A DNA stretch of 64,000 nucleotides, taken from the NCBI GenBank assembly GCA_004764695.1, contig SMSO01000034.1, forward strand, positions 3,596,001 through 3,660,000. The letters are read 5' to 3'. Shown in pieces: positions 1 to 11,248 of the stretch. The stretch's first letter is position 1; every line of letters begins with the position of its first letter. The position numbers were made by a program, and so were the translations under genes. This stretch comes from Schizochytrium sp. TIO01 (Eukaryota; Protista; Bigyra: Labyrinthulomycetes). The notes under the pieces were generated by a model. The model searched no databases. It was not told where the DNA came from and saw only the letters and a program-made list of their open reading frames with translations.

Positions 1-50
1 CAAGCGGCGGTCTTGTCTCGCGCAGTCGTCGCGAGGCTGATTTGCTTCGC

Positions 51-68
51 TCTCTCTCTCTCTCTCTC
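51..68 (+). repeat. (TC)9 microsatellite
   Basis: Directly visible. Confidence 0.9.
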
Positions 69-2007
69 TTTGGCTGTTGCTTCGATAGATAATCTGCCTT
101 CGGTTGCTCCTATGCAGCCTCCTAAGCTTTACCCATAGCAGTATTCCCTCTAGGATGAGGTGGCGCTAGGGCTTCACCTACCGAAAACAGTAGGGGTGCG
201 ACTAGCGAAATAACGAGAGAAAATCGATACTTGTAGACCGAGAAGCCTGAGGCCTCATCTGCGACAGGCCTGGCGAGAGGCTGGCCGGTGCGTGCGACCT
301 GCTGCTGCTGCATGCGCCCGGAACGAACCTCTTGGGCTTGATTGAAGCGCCGCGAGGTCTGGGGCCGGCCGAGCTTGGCGCAAGACCGCTGCTGCTATGG
401 GAAATCAGAGGCTGGCAGTAGGTCCCGAAATCCAGGACATGGACAAAGGTCTGCGGGGGTTAGTCCACGTAGCGCTGATAAGGGCACGATGACTTGCTTG
501 CTTACTTCTAAGAATGCCACTGTGACGAAAGCAGAAGAAGCCAGGCTCTTGCTTGAGTTGGATTGGAAGGGGGGCAAGTGCAGGGCGGGAGAAAGAAACT
601 GCTTTGTGTACCGGGTCACTTCACTTCACTCACTCAAGATTGCCCGTTATTGTAAAAGGGTCACAGACAGCTCAGTTTCACAAGCTTGAAGAACCCTGGG
701 AAAGCGAGCCTTTGTTATAGTTTACAGAGGCGACTAGATGTAAAGGAAAGGAAGTGGACCCAGAGGCAGAAAGCTTGAAGAGTACAATGCAGACCGTGAC
801 TCGTCGACACAAGTCATTAGTGGGGGTAGTCTCGTAGTCTCGCACAAAGCTGTAAAGTTGGAATTAACAGGACTCTAGAGCAGTATTTGGCTGAAAATTT
901 AATCAACAGACCCAGCAAAGTTCAGACTATCCGAAAGGTCAAACTAATTACAGGCGAAGTATTTTGCGTAGCTTGCGACGTATCATACCTGCCAGAAAAG
1001 GGGTTTCTTTGTCATTTCTATTTTGATCGAAGTACTCTCTATTGCAATTGAACTTCATCTCGTCTGAACGTTGCAACGATGACAACAATAATACCAAGAA
1101 GCGTTCTAGGCTGCACAGGCCGCTGTACCTTTTACAATAAGACTCAACCACCTGCCATGTTATTAACTGCAAGTCATGTGCTAGTATGAGGACAGAGCGA
1201 AACCTGTTTGTCCTTTCGTCAAGAATCCTTATAGCTAGCAGTCTCTGGGACTTGAGGAAAGACCCGACGCAACATATACGAACCATGTTCTGCGGGTCAC
1301 TCTCTCGCATCCTTTCTTCTTTTAACAGCCACTGATATTCACTGGCCTGTACACGACGTAATGCTTCACTGCCTATGTTTATGCTTCTGCATTAACTTCC
1401 CTTCCATCTAATCTGAATTCATCTAAAACTTATGAGCTCGAGCGAATTGGAGGATCTCACGGAATTTTCCCAGGGTCACGGTCGACCCACACTCGTTTAG
1501 GTTCTTACAGTTCTGCCTATCAAATGGGATAAGTACTACCACCTACTAGCTTTGCACTACGTGAGTACAACCATGCGTCAAAAAGCGAGATTACTACTTT
1601 GAAAAATCAAGCAGAATTCGATTGGAGGACCTAACCTCGGTCAATGCACAGGCGCTTCAATGGCGATCTTTGGCATACCATAGTATCTGCGACGACTCCG
1701 TTTGCTGCAACCTGGGAGGAAGAAGACGAGAAGCTGCTTTCTAAGATGCCGAAGTAAAAGGAATGGGATTCAGAACCAGGGCTTTTGTTTCACATGAGAA
1801 GAATTGCTGATTGCTTATGATGATTTAGGTGGAGGATAATGTAATGTCAAGCTTCTGTACAGATTTCATTGCCACTCTAGCTCATCACCCACCTTCCTCT
1901 GACGCAAACAGGGCAGTCTGGGACTAAGTTCGCTTTGGAGAAGGTGTCCACCAAGGACTACTACCACAGGATGGGGGTCTGCACGTGCGGCTAGAAACAA
2001 GTGCCCA

Positions 2008-2023
2008 CCCCCCCCCCCCCCCC
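2008..2023 (+). repeat. Poly-C tract (16 nt)
   Basis: Directly visible. Confidence 0.9.
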
Positions 2024-2385
2024 TCCCTCTTTAAAAGACAAGCTGAACGAGTTCCTTTGGTCTTCTCTTTAGGTTTCGCAAACATGGAGAACTAATAAGT
2101 GATAGATTCCCTACTTGGTCCTCAATGGTAATGTCAGTCGTCGCAGGTACTAAATTTAGTAGTGGCACGGTATGTACGTGTACCTACCTTCAAAATCTCT
2201 GAAAACTCTGGATCTTGAGACTGGTAGTAGATCGACTTTTAAGATCAGCAAACCCATTTCTCGAGCTTTCTTGTGCAGAGGAGGAGCTCGTTGCAGCGGT
2301 CAGGCACGAGTGCAAAGCACGTTAGGAAAGGAGAAATACGCCTTGAGAGTTGCAGCTTCGGAGAAGGAGTGAAGATAAATCCCGG

Positions 2386-3704
2386 ATGGACAACTCGGAG
2401 GCAAGGGGCAACAGTGCTGAGAAGCATGTCAAGAACGAACCTACGGAGGCTGGCACAGAATACGAATCCAAAGAAGAAGCTAAAGACGATGCATTAGTAG
2501 GAGAGCTTGAGGCAAGACTTCTGTCGATGGAACTCAAAGATGAAGTGCATACAATCGACAAGTCAAACTTCGATCACTTTGACGAAATTAAAGAGCCATG
2601 TTACATGCATATTGATATTCGAAGGCTCCCAGGCGCATCCACGAAAATTTCGAGTTACATTGGCAAAAAGCTATTGCGAAAGTTTCTAGGCTTTAGAAAT
2701 AGAAGAGTTCACGTCCGCTGGCTTCTAGAGCTGCAGCCTTTTAACTTCGAATTGTTGAAACTTTCCCCCTTTCCAACTTTTCTATGGGGCCTCGGAATAT
2801 GATATACGTGCGCGAGCAAACTGGTTTCTCTTCGGATGGGAATTATGAATGCATTCATGTGGACCATTTCCCACGAGAATTTATGAGAGAACTACACCGT
2901 GAGCTTACACAGGAGGCGATAATATTAGATTCAGATATGCGCGGCTACGTGAAGTTCACCTTCATTTATAACAATTCTCACAGATTTTTTCACATGCCAG
3001 TAAATGCAACTTTCGAAGAAGTGGAGCAGGAGGTTTCCCGCTAGGCAGACTTTCTTCAACTACCGTTCTCATGAGAAACGTAGAGAGTTCGATTAAGCAT
3101 ATCAATGCCGTGACAACTCCAAGGGTCTTGGTTGCTCTTTGCTTCTTCTGCATCTAAAAGGACGCGAAGCATCTTTGTCTACTCGCTGTGCAAGCTCCGG
3201 ATATATAAAAGAAAAACCAGTCTGAAGAAAAAGAAAAAACTACAAAATGCAAAATACAAAAAAAATATCAACCGACTACTACTTCTTTCGAATATAAAAA
3301 CAACTACCTATGATAGATAGACTTCACGTAGGTTACTCTGGCTATGTGACACGACAGCGATAAACAGGGGAGTTGTTCTGGAGGAGATGCTGACGAAGCT
3401 GTCTGATCTCACTTCCCTTTTATTGAGGCTGCCAAAGAATATTTCTCTTCATTAGTCTATGGAGACACACATTCTCAAGCTGTCCTACCAGTCCTGAGAC
3501 AAAGAAATTTGAAACGACACATCTCGTGTCGTGGAGCCGTCGCCCGTGCTGCGGAGTGCAAGCAAGGTACACAGGCGTTGAGATACAAGCAAGGAAGCAG
3601 ATTGAGCCTGTCAATAGACGTTATATCGGTGAAAGCCCGGAAGACGTTGGCTTCGAAATTACAGTTTTAAAAAATGAGAACGGAACCTACTCTTGCTGGA
3701 TCTG
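2386..3704 (+). pseudogene. Decayed or frameshifted gene of unknown function
   Basis: An ORF from ATG 2386 (MDNSEARGNSAEKHVKNE...) overlaps ORF 2784-3044 in the -1 frame around cttTCCCCCTTTcca (2761-2785). Further protein-like pieces follow after stops (…FIEAAKEYFSSLVYGD…, …IEPVNRRYIGESPEDVGFEITVLKNENGTYSCWI*). No family recognised. Confidence 0.4.
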
Positions 3705-5040
3705 ACTACTCTATGAAGTCGAGACAGTCAACAATCACGTACCAAGAGTGACTCAGGTTTGAATTTCTAACAAAGAATAACCAATATTTTTTTTTCGTTT
3801 TGAAACATAGCACCGGGACAGGCGTTAGTCGAAACTCTGGAAACGTCACTCCGAATTCGAGCGAAGGTTTAACAAGGCTTTCAATCCCTTGGCCACGTCA
3901 AGACGATGTGGAGCGAAGAGAGCTTGATAGAGTGATTAGCTAATGCAGAGCGCACTCAAACGGAGAGGTAAGTAGACTTGTCATACGAAACAGACTTGAG
4001 CGACCAATCACAGAAACTCCCAAATTTCTTAATTTTTAATATCAAATCAACCTTCAGTGTACTGCAATTCTAAAAATTCTCATAACAAAGACGATGACAG
4101 AGCTAAGGGGAATATACACTTCTCTAAACCCTACCTGTTGCTGCGACTATAAATAAATTCCATAAAGGTATCAAACAAAAGAAAGAATTCATCAACAAAT
4201 CTACAGGTACCTGGCGTGGTGATATTCACTATGATAAATACAAACATTACAAAACGTAGTTTACAACTCCTATTGAACTCAACAGTAGCAGATGCAGACT
4301 ATACACTTGTAGATCTATCGACAAATAGTGCTGTTCCTCTCAGTCAAACGAGATTCAAAGCTCAAAGTTATGCTCCTTGTTCCTTTGATATTAACCCCAA
4401 GTCGTTCATTAATTTGACACAGCTTCATTCAGCACTTTGATAAACCCAACACTACCATCACCAACACTACAGAGGCCCCGATCACCAAATTCAATTTCTG
4501 TACTTATAAATTTGTCGTAAAGGCTGTACTGCACCAAGTCGAGTGTCATTAATCCAAGCGCTTTCGGGATGCTCGTCATCATGAAATACAATCACTTTCA
4601 ATTTGTATATTTTAAATATCCCAACGTCACAACAACAAGTGAAACAAGAAACAAGAAATATTTGGTAAACCCGTAATGTCTTTGAAATAAGAAACCTAAA
4701 TTTGTTTATGACAATTAATTCTTTTGCAAACCTATAAACCTCAATTTTTAAAACTGAAACCAGCCCCGATTGCAGAGGAAGGAATCCAATTTGCAGCAGT
4801 CGCACATACCACGGTAAAGCAGGTAGAAAAAAACCACTGCCAGCATACGGCATGCGCAGCTTGGTAGGAAGCAAGTGCATGTTAGTACAGTCTTCAAGTC
4901 TAGCATTGTGAATGGAAGAAAATCACATTCATTCATGATCAATCAATGATTATAAAAGCCTTTTCTTTTCTTTCTTTTCTTCTCCTTGTTCACCTGCTTT
5001 TCCGATACCTTAGGAGACTAAAAGGAAACGTAAAGAGGAA

Positions 5041-5069
5041 ATGAATGAATGAATGAATGAATGAATGAA
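5041..5069 (+). repeat. (ATGA)7 microsatellite upstream of PHTF
   Basis: Directly visible. Confidence 0.9.
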
Positions 5070-5269
5070 CGATTAATTCAAAAGAGCCACAACGGAGAAG
5101 CACAACCAGAGCTGCAATCGAGCCTCAAGACCTCTGGAGCGCGTCTCTGCATCCAATATTGCCGCGCGGGAGGTGTGTCGCTTGCCTTTGGGTAAGGCGT
5201 TGCGTGGAAGCTATCCTCTTCACGAGGCGGAGGACTGGGTAAGATCGCGGTCATTACCGCGGCGGCGCC

Positions 5270-8200
5270 ATGGAGGGCTCGCACGCTGCAGGAGAAGCAG
5301 GACCAGAGCTGTACCCGCAAGAACTCCGCGTGCGCGCAGGTCTTGGTGTAGACGTTGCGGCATCACTTGCAGACGTTATCGCGGAGCCGAACGAAAGCCC
5401 AGCGCAGACTCCCACTGGTGTCTCCGGGCTTGCGGGACGCCAGGACCACGAAACTGAAAAACAGTCGCCAAACCAAAACCAACACCATGAAAGCCGCGAC
5501 AAGTTCGACGAAGGTCATTTCCAAGATAGCAATAATTATCACCAAAGACAGCTGCTTCAGCAAGGGCATTCACATTTTCAGAACTTTCGCAGCCTCGAGG
5601 AGAATGATGCCTTCGAATCAGCCTCTGATGTGTCAGGGTATAGGGTTCGCTCGGCGTCGCAGGAGATCAAGCGCGAGGCAGAGCGCATGAAAAAGTCGCA
5701 CAGTATGAGCAGCATTTCGAGATACAATGTTATGCTGACCCCAAGTTTATTTGAGTCAGATGACGAAGAGGATACAAAAAAGGTGGATGGAGATGAGGAC
5801 GTGGAGGATGAGGATCTCAGGGTCTTGGAGAACCCAGGGCATGTGCAATTCCTCGATGAGCCGCTTGTGGCTAGAGTGAACTCGGTGAATATGTCGGTAG
5901 CATCTCCACCATCGTCACACCACTTACATGGACGCTTTTCAGGGTCCACAAAATCTAGCGAATCCTCACAGGGTAGTCCAAGAGGCTTAATGCGGGACAC
6001 AGAAGCGGAGAGCAATGTAACCCATGAGGACCTTGATCAAGATCAGCCGTACGCCCATGCACGCACAGCTGCTTTGCAAGCAGAGGATCTGGCCATGCCC
6101 CGTGTAGTGTCAGTAGATAGTATAGCAACGAGCTCGTTTGCCGGGAATGGTGTTCCGAGCAGCTCAATGAGTGGAATTAATAGCGATGTAGATAATGACG
6201 TGCACACGCCAGGCGCCGCAAGCCAAGCCTCAAGTGTGATGGATGATACTTCAACAGAAGGAGAGGAGTCTTCCTCGCGTCGCAGCGAAGACAGTCGTCC
6301 GCCACCTTTGATGAGCGCATACATGAACTTTGACAGCAGCCGCTTTCTTCGTGGCGAGCACGCCCGCCAACGATCAAGTCTGGGTAGCCGCTATGGTATT
6401 CAGGGTATTCCAGGTGTCAAGCTGCGGCTTGAAGATGAAGATGATTCCGATTTTGACACAGGCTATGATTCCACTGCAAGCCCACGCTTTACAACTCGTG
6501 GGCAACCAATGCCTACACCTCATGTTCTCGGCGGGCCAGAGATGTTTGATTTTGATGTAATGAAACGTAAAACACGGATGAAAACTAGCAAGAAGCTCGA
6601 CAAACCTAGTGTCCGAAAAGGTCAAATGTGGTTTCTGCGGGTGCTGTTGTTTCCTATCTTTGTATCATTTTGGTCTAGTAAGCTCAAGACTCAGTGGCTC
6701 ATTGTCAGCATTTGCATTTATGTGTCTCAAATGACTGCTACCTTTATGTATTGGACTGGACCCGAGGAACCTTCAGAGGCGACTCGATACGAGATTATTG
6801 CCACTCTGATTATCTTCCTTATTGTGGCATTCATGCTTGGCCACTGCGCTGCCGTAAGTAGCGCAGTAAGCAATGCTCTGAAGAAGGAACGGGAGGATTC
6901 CCCGATGGGTCAGAAGGACCAAACGAAAAAAACTAGCGCAACATATACCAGCCAAAGCTCGTCACGCTCATCCGCTCATGGCTCTGAAAAGGATCACCTT
7001 AGTAGCGATGAAAAGAGCATCCGAGATCGCTTTAGAAAAACCTTCAGCTCCCACCTTTCAGTTGGAAGCGCAAAATACGTTACGGATGGCGATGACTACG
7101 ATGACGAAGAAGATGACTCTATTTCCAGTGATGAAGATGAGAACACTGATTTCGATGATTCCAGTGTTTCACAAGCCCAGAGTCACCGCCATAGCATGGG
7201 TCAACGTTTGCAAAAGCAACTTCCCGAACTGCGTAGACCCATGTCTCAAAAAAGTGTAACCAGTGCGCGTTCTTCTCTTGGCTCAGGGTTGGGCCGCCCT
7301 GGGGCCTTAAGAGGACATCAAAGCTCTTCACTGCGCTCAGTACGCACGAGTCCTGGCGCCATAGCTGGTGCTCGGCCACTCGGTATTGCAGGCACGGGCC
7401 AACGTGTCCGTATCCATCTCGATACAGATTCAAGTGATAACACCTCGCCGCCCTCGCAAGATGATATCTCTTTGAACAACCGGCAGTTGCCAAGCCCTCC
7501 GAATCGCCCGCAGTTTGTGCCTCTCGGGGATAGTATGCGATTTCGGGGCCAAATGCTCTCCAAAACTTCGTCTGTGCGCAGCTTGTTGTGGTCTACTACG
7601 GGTCCGCCTCAGGAGAGCACTTTGTCTGTTACGGAGATGCGCAACCGCATTTACACGCGTATCAGTATGAGTAAGCCAAACCTTACATACGTGCGTTTTG
7701 CTGATATGTCGGCACTCTTTCTACCTATCATTCCGATGATTTTTCGAGTTGCCAAGAGTTTTTTGCCAGTTGTTTGCTGGTTTGCGGAGCAACCAGAAAG
7801 CCAATCTTTTATGTCATTCGCTGGTTTTGACGAACTCTTGCGTTCTGCTGTTTGTGTGCCCGTTTTTGGCAACGAAACTGGTGAGGTTTCACTTGTGGAT
7901 ACATACGCTGAAGGCCGTGGCCTCAATGTTAGTGTTGATCCTCTGGTGTGTTACCTTGCAGATCAGGAACGATGCGAGCATACTCTTGTTGAAGCCATCT
8001 TCGAAGCCTTGCGAAGGGAGTACAATTTCCATGCAAGCTTCATTGCTCTGTCAAGCATGGTGACATCCGTGTTCCTGCTTGCAATCTTTTTCCAGTTTGT
8101 GGTTATTGCAGAGGAGTCTTTTCGGCGCCGTTTGTTGTACGCGAAATACTTTGGCATGCTGACATCTTCTCGACGAGCTCAAAAGGCTCGGCTTCCGCAT

Positions 8201-8752
8201 TTCCGCTTGAACCGCGTGAATCATATTCGTGTTTGGCTGGACCTGCGAAACAATCCTCGTGAGGCACACAACTCAAGTTATCAGTTTGGAGACGCAGCTG
8301 CAAATACACTTGTTTTGGCTACATTAACTGTTGTTGCGCGTGCATGTCTGCGTCTATTCTCTGGAGCTTGGTCCTTTGAACGTCTTGATGATTGGGCAAC
8401 ATTGTTATACTCTTCAGCACTTATCTTTTTTATGTACAGGTTTATGAACTTGGCTAGCTCAACTCAGAAAAAGTACAGTGCCAGTGCACGTATTTTGTAC
8501 ACGGAGCAACTTAACATTTACATTAGACTCTTTTCCAATCCTGAAAACAAGGATGAGCTGGTTGCGTGCAACAATATGCTTAAAATTGCCATCAAATTGC
8601 TTTCATCAGAAGCGAAGCCAGGCAAGGATGCGTACAAGGCAATTCTTCTTAACCCTATTGTCTACAACCTGTTTCGTGTCACTATTCTCTCTGCCTTGGG
8701 AACCATGTCTTCAGACTTTTTGGGCTTTAAGGTACGCTTGTGGAAGATCTGA
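5270..8752 (+). CDS. PHTF: PHTF (putative homeodomain transcription factor) family multi-pass membrane protein, 1160 aa
   Basis: Family-typical motifs FLRVLLFP, RLLYAKYFGMLTSSRRAQKARLPHFRLNRVNHIRVWLDLR, LYTEQLNIY, ELVACNNMLKIAIKLL and C-terminal YNLFRVTILSALGTMSSDFLGFKVRLWKI, as recalled from animal PHTF1/2. Several TM segments and long acidic/Ser-rich disordered regions. Confidence 0.9.
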   Translation: MEGSHAAGEAGPELYPQELRVRAGLGVDVAASLADVIAEPNESPAQTPTGVSGLAGRQDHETEKQSPNQNQHHESRDKFDEGHFQDSNNYHQRQLLQQGHSHFQNFRSLEENDAFESASDVSGYRVRSASQEIKREAERMKKSHSMSSISRYNVMLTPSLFESDDEEDTKKVDGDEDVEDEDLRVLENPGHVQFLDEPLVARVNSVNMSVASPPSSHHLHGRFSGSTKSSESSQGSPRGLMRDTEAESNVTHEDLDQDQPYAHARTAALQAEDLAMPRVVSVDSIATSSFAGNGVPSSSMSGINSDVDNDVHTPGAASQASSVMDDTSTEGEESSSRRSEDSRPPPLMSAYMNFDSSRFLRGEHARQRSSLGSRYGIQGIPGVKLRLEDEDDSDFDTGYDSTASPRFTTRGQPMPTPHVLGGPEMFDFDVMKRKTRMKTSKKLDKPSVRKGQMWFLRVLLFPIFVSFWSSKLKTQWLIVSICIYVSQMTATFMYWTGPEEPSEATRYEIIATLIIFLIVAFMLGHCAAVSSAVSNALKKEREDSPMGQKDQTKKTSATYTSQSSSRSSAHGSEKDHLSSDEKSIRDRFRKTFSSHLSVGSAKYVTDGDDYDDEEDDSISSDEDENTDFDDSSVSQAQSHRHSMGQRLQKQLPELRRPMSQKSVTSARSSLGSGLGRPGALRGHQSSSLRSVRTSPGAIAGARPLGIAGTGQRVRIHLDTDSSDNTSPPSQDDISLNNRQLPSPPNRPQFVPLGDSMRFRGQMLSKTSSVRSLLWSTTGPPQESTLSVTEMRNRIYTRISMSKPNLTYVRFADMSALFLPIIPMIFRVAKSFLPVVCWFAEQPESQSFMSFAGFDELLRSAVCVPVFGNETGEVSLVDTYAEGRGLNVSVDPLVCYLADQERCEHTLVEAIFEALRREYNFHASFIALSSMVTSVFLLAIFFQFVVIAEESFRRRLLYAKYFGMLTSSRRAQKARLPHFRLNRVNHIRVWLDLRNNPREAHNSSYQFGDAAANTLVLATLTVVARACLRLFSGAWSFERLDDWATLLYSSALIFFMYRFMNLASSTQKKYSASARILYTEQLNIYIRLFSNPENKDELVACNNMLKIAIKLLSSEAKPGKDAYKAILLNPIVYNLFRVTILSALGTMSSDFLGFKVRLWKI

Positions 8753-9442
8753 TAATTTAGATTCTTGTTTTTGCAGTTCTTACCTAGTACTAAGTTTGCA
8801 AGCAAATGAGGGATGAAAACGACTTCAAATTGATCAAGCAAACACGATTGTACCCCACTTCCGTCTCCGAAATACAAAATTTTGAATAAACGCAGATGGC
8901 TCTCTTCGAGAACATACTAATGTGTAGTGTTCAGGACACACCAGATTACACTACGCTTTCTTTCAAGGAATTGTTTTTCGTTTCCTTACCCATAGCTCTT
9001 TCTATAGATTGTGCACCGGATAGTCGTGGTTTTCTTAGGCCACCCTTTTGGTACAGTCTCTTTCTCTAATTCATTATCTGTTTTATTGTTAGGTACAATT
9101 ATTTTCTTCTTTTTCATATTTTCTTAGCACCAACAATCCGCAACGTGCATTCACCACGCACACCAAGCTTGTTCTCGTATACGATTTAACCCTGAAGGAC
9201 CGACGAGAAAGGGTGTGGTCCATGATTAAAAATATATAAGGAAATATGTAGTTCAGAATGTCTCACCACAGAAAGAGAAAATGGAAACAAAGTAAAAAAA
9301 GACAGGAAAGATGAAACACAAAATAGTAGGGTAGTTCAAAGAAGAACGCAAAGGTAAAAAGTCAAAAAGCAGGGTACTTGCAGGTGTGGTTATCGAAGCA
9401 ACCGCGGCAATACATACTGCTACAGCAAGAACAGTATGATAC

Positions 9443-10627
9443 TTACAAGTTGAGACCATCATCACTGTCGGAACTGCTTGAATCATCATCAGAGTCATCA
9501 GAATCATCATCGTCACTCGAGTCACGACGCTTGGTAGTGGTGGTCTTTTTCGAAGAAGGAAGCTCTGAGTTTCCTTCATTTGTAGCAAGGAATGCGGCAA
9601 GCTTGTTTGGGCCGGGTTTTGTGGTCGGTTGAGAAGGTGTTGACTTGGATGTAGTGGAGGTCGAAGCAGTGCCTGATTTAGGAGCGGCAGCTGCATTGGC
9701 AGCGGACATTTCACGAACACGCTGAGCAGCCTCCTCGCGCTCTTTACGAGCGGCTGCCCGCTCGAGCTGCTTTGCACGTCGTTCCTTAAAACCTTGAGCA
9801 ATCTGACCACCGAGAGCAGCAGTTGCAAAGCCAGGGGCATAGATACCACCTCCGGCTCCTCGAGCCACGCGCTCCATACGTGTTTGAATGTCTTCATCAA
9901 AGGGGCGCTGAATTGCATCCTCATCAACACCAAGCATACGCAGAGCTTTGTTAGAAGGTTTGGCGACTCCAAAGGGTTGCAAGTTGCCTTCCATACGAAC
10001 GCTGGCAATTCGGTTGCGGGCTTCATCGTCTAAGCGACCATAGTCTTCTCCAGTGCGACGCGTGCTCACGCGTTTGTCAAATCCAGCAATAGCTTGAGAG
10101 CGGCGCATCTCGAACTCCCCATCAGGACGGTTCTTGTGGTTGCTATCTTCACTATCTTTGTCATTCTCCTTACCTTTGACTGGGTTTGCTTTGATGAAGT
10201 CTGCTAGTGACGGCGTATTTCCACGGCTTGGGCCATACGGATTGACAACGTTATTGTAAGGGTCGACAGTACTGTATGGATTGACAGGGTTTCTATATGG
10301 TGTAGTGCCTTCAACCATGTATGTTTCTGACGGCTGAGCTGGGCAGCAAAAATGCCTCGTCAAGTAGATCATGCCGACGAGAATAAGAAAGCAACCAACA
10401 CCAATACTTGCATACACAACGAGGAGTACCCATCCTGGTTTATCACTAAGGCCGTCCTCAATAAAGTTAAGTTTACGTGCGACCTCATCGAAGCTTTCAA
10501 GATCCTGCGAAGTCCTCAAACGAGGTGTCTGTGCCAGCGCTACTCCAGTAGATGCCACAAGAGACATCATCCAGATCAATGTGCGCGAACCAAACATGTG
10601 ATTTGCTAGGTTCAAGCCACCCGTCAT
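9443..10627 (-). CDS. Uncharacterised single-pass (type I) membrane protein
   Basis: Long ORF with first in-frame ATG at 10627 (later Mets possible). Signal-like segment LIWMMSLVASTGVALA, short ectodomain, TM WVLLVVYASIGVGCFLILVGMIYL, juxtamembrane CC, Tyr/Pro/Asn motifs, coiled coil and Ser/Asp-rich tail. Confidence 0.8.
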   Translation of the reverse strand: MTGGLNLANHMFGSRTLIWMMSLVASTGVALAQTPRLRTSQDLESFDEVARKLNFIEDGLSDKPGWVLLVVYASIGVGCFLILVGMIYLTRHFCCPAQPSETYMVEGTTPYRNPVNPYSTVDPYNNVVNPYGPSRGNTPSLADFIKANPVKGKENDKDSEDSNHKNRPDGEFEMRRSQAIAGFDKRVSTRRTGEDYGRLDDEARNRIASVRMEGNLQPFGVAKPSNKALRMLGVDEDAIQRPFDEDIQTRMERVARGAGGGIYAPGFATAALGGQIAQGFKERRAKQLERAAARKEREEAAQRVREMSAANAAAAPKSGTASTSTTSKSTPSQPTTKPGPNKLAAFLATNEGNSELPSSKKTTTTKRRDSSDDDDSDDSDDDSSSSDSDDGLNL

Positions 10628-11229
10628 GGTTGGCGTTCTCACCCAGATTCGACTATGCGTAGCACAAGATGAAGTATCAAGTACTTGTACCTGTCTTTCC
10701 AACTAAAGCTGAGATATTGACACAATACCAAATCGCGTCTCAAGTTTGCTTTTCTGAATCGAGAGAAGCCTCGTAAATGCTTTCAATCAACTGCGTTTTG
10801 TCCTGCAACAAGCGCCCGCTTGTTTGTTCGTGTTCCTATCTATTTGCTTGCCTGCTATCAAATTTTACCTTTTTGAGTCCAAACTATAAAGGAGAGGTAA
10901 TCTCCTCAAAGTCTTTCTCTCGCTCTTCCGTTGAAACGGGCTTGCTTCGAGCAGGGTCGGGCTTCTACTCTACGAGCACAGGGGGGGTGTTCTAGTCAAC
11001 AAAACAAGGGGTTTGATGCGATGGAGATGTCTCGATGGCGTACGCGCTTTGGCAAAGCAAAGAATAAGAAAAGCACGTGCCAACGGAGGCGCGATTCAAT
11101 CGAATTGAATCGAGTTGTTTTCTTCTGCCACAGGAGTGTAGTTCCGCTTCGTCGAGGAGGGAGAGGCCAAGGTCTTTCAGCTCGTGTGGCAAAACCCTGC
11201 CTGTTTGATTACTTGCTTGCTGGCCCTGG

Positions 11230-11248
11230 GCGAGCGAGCGAGCGAGCG
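11230..11248 (+). repeat. (GCGA)n repeat upstream of the 9443-10627 gene
   Basis: Directly visible. Similar (GCGA)/(GCAA) runs lie upstream of other genes (about 18435, 35572, 36394). Confidence 0.75.
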
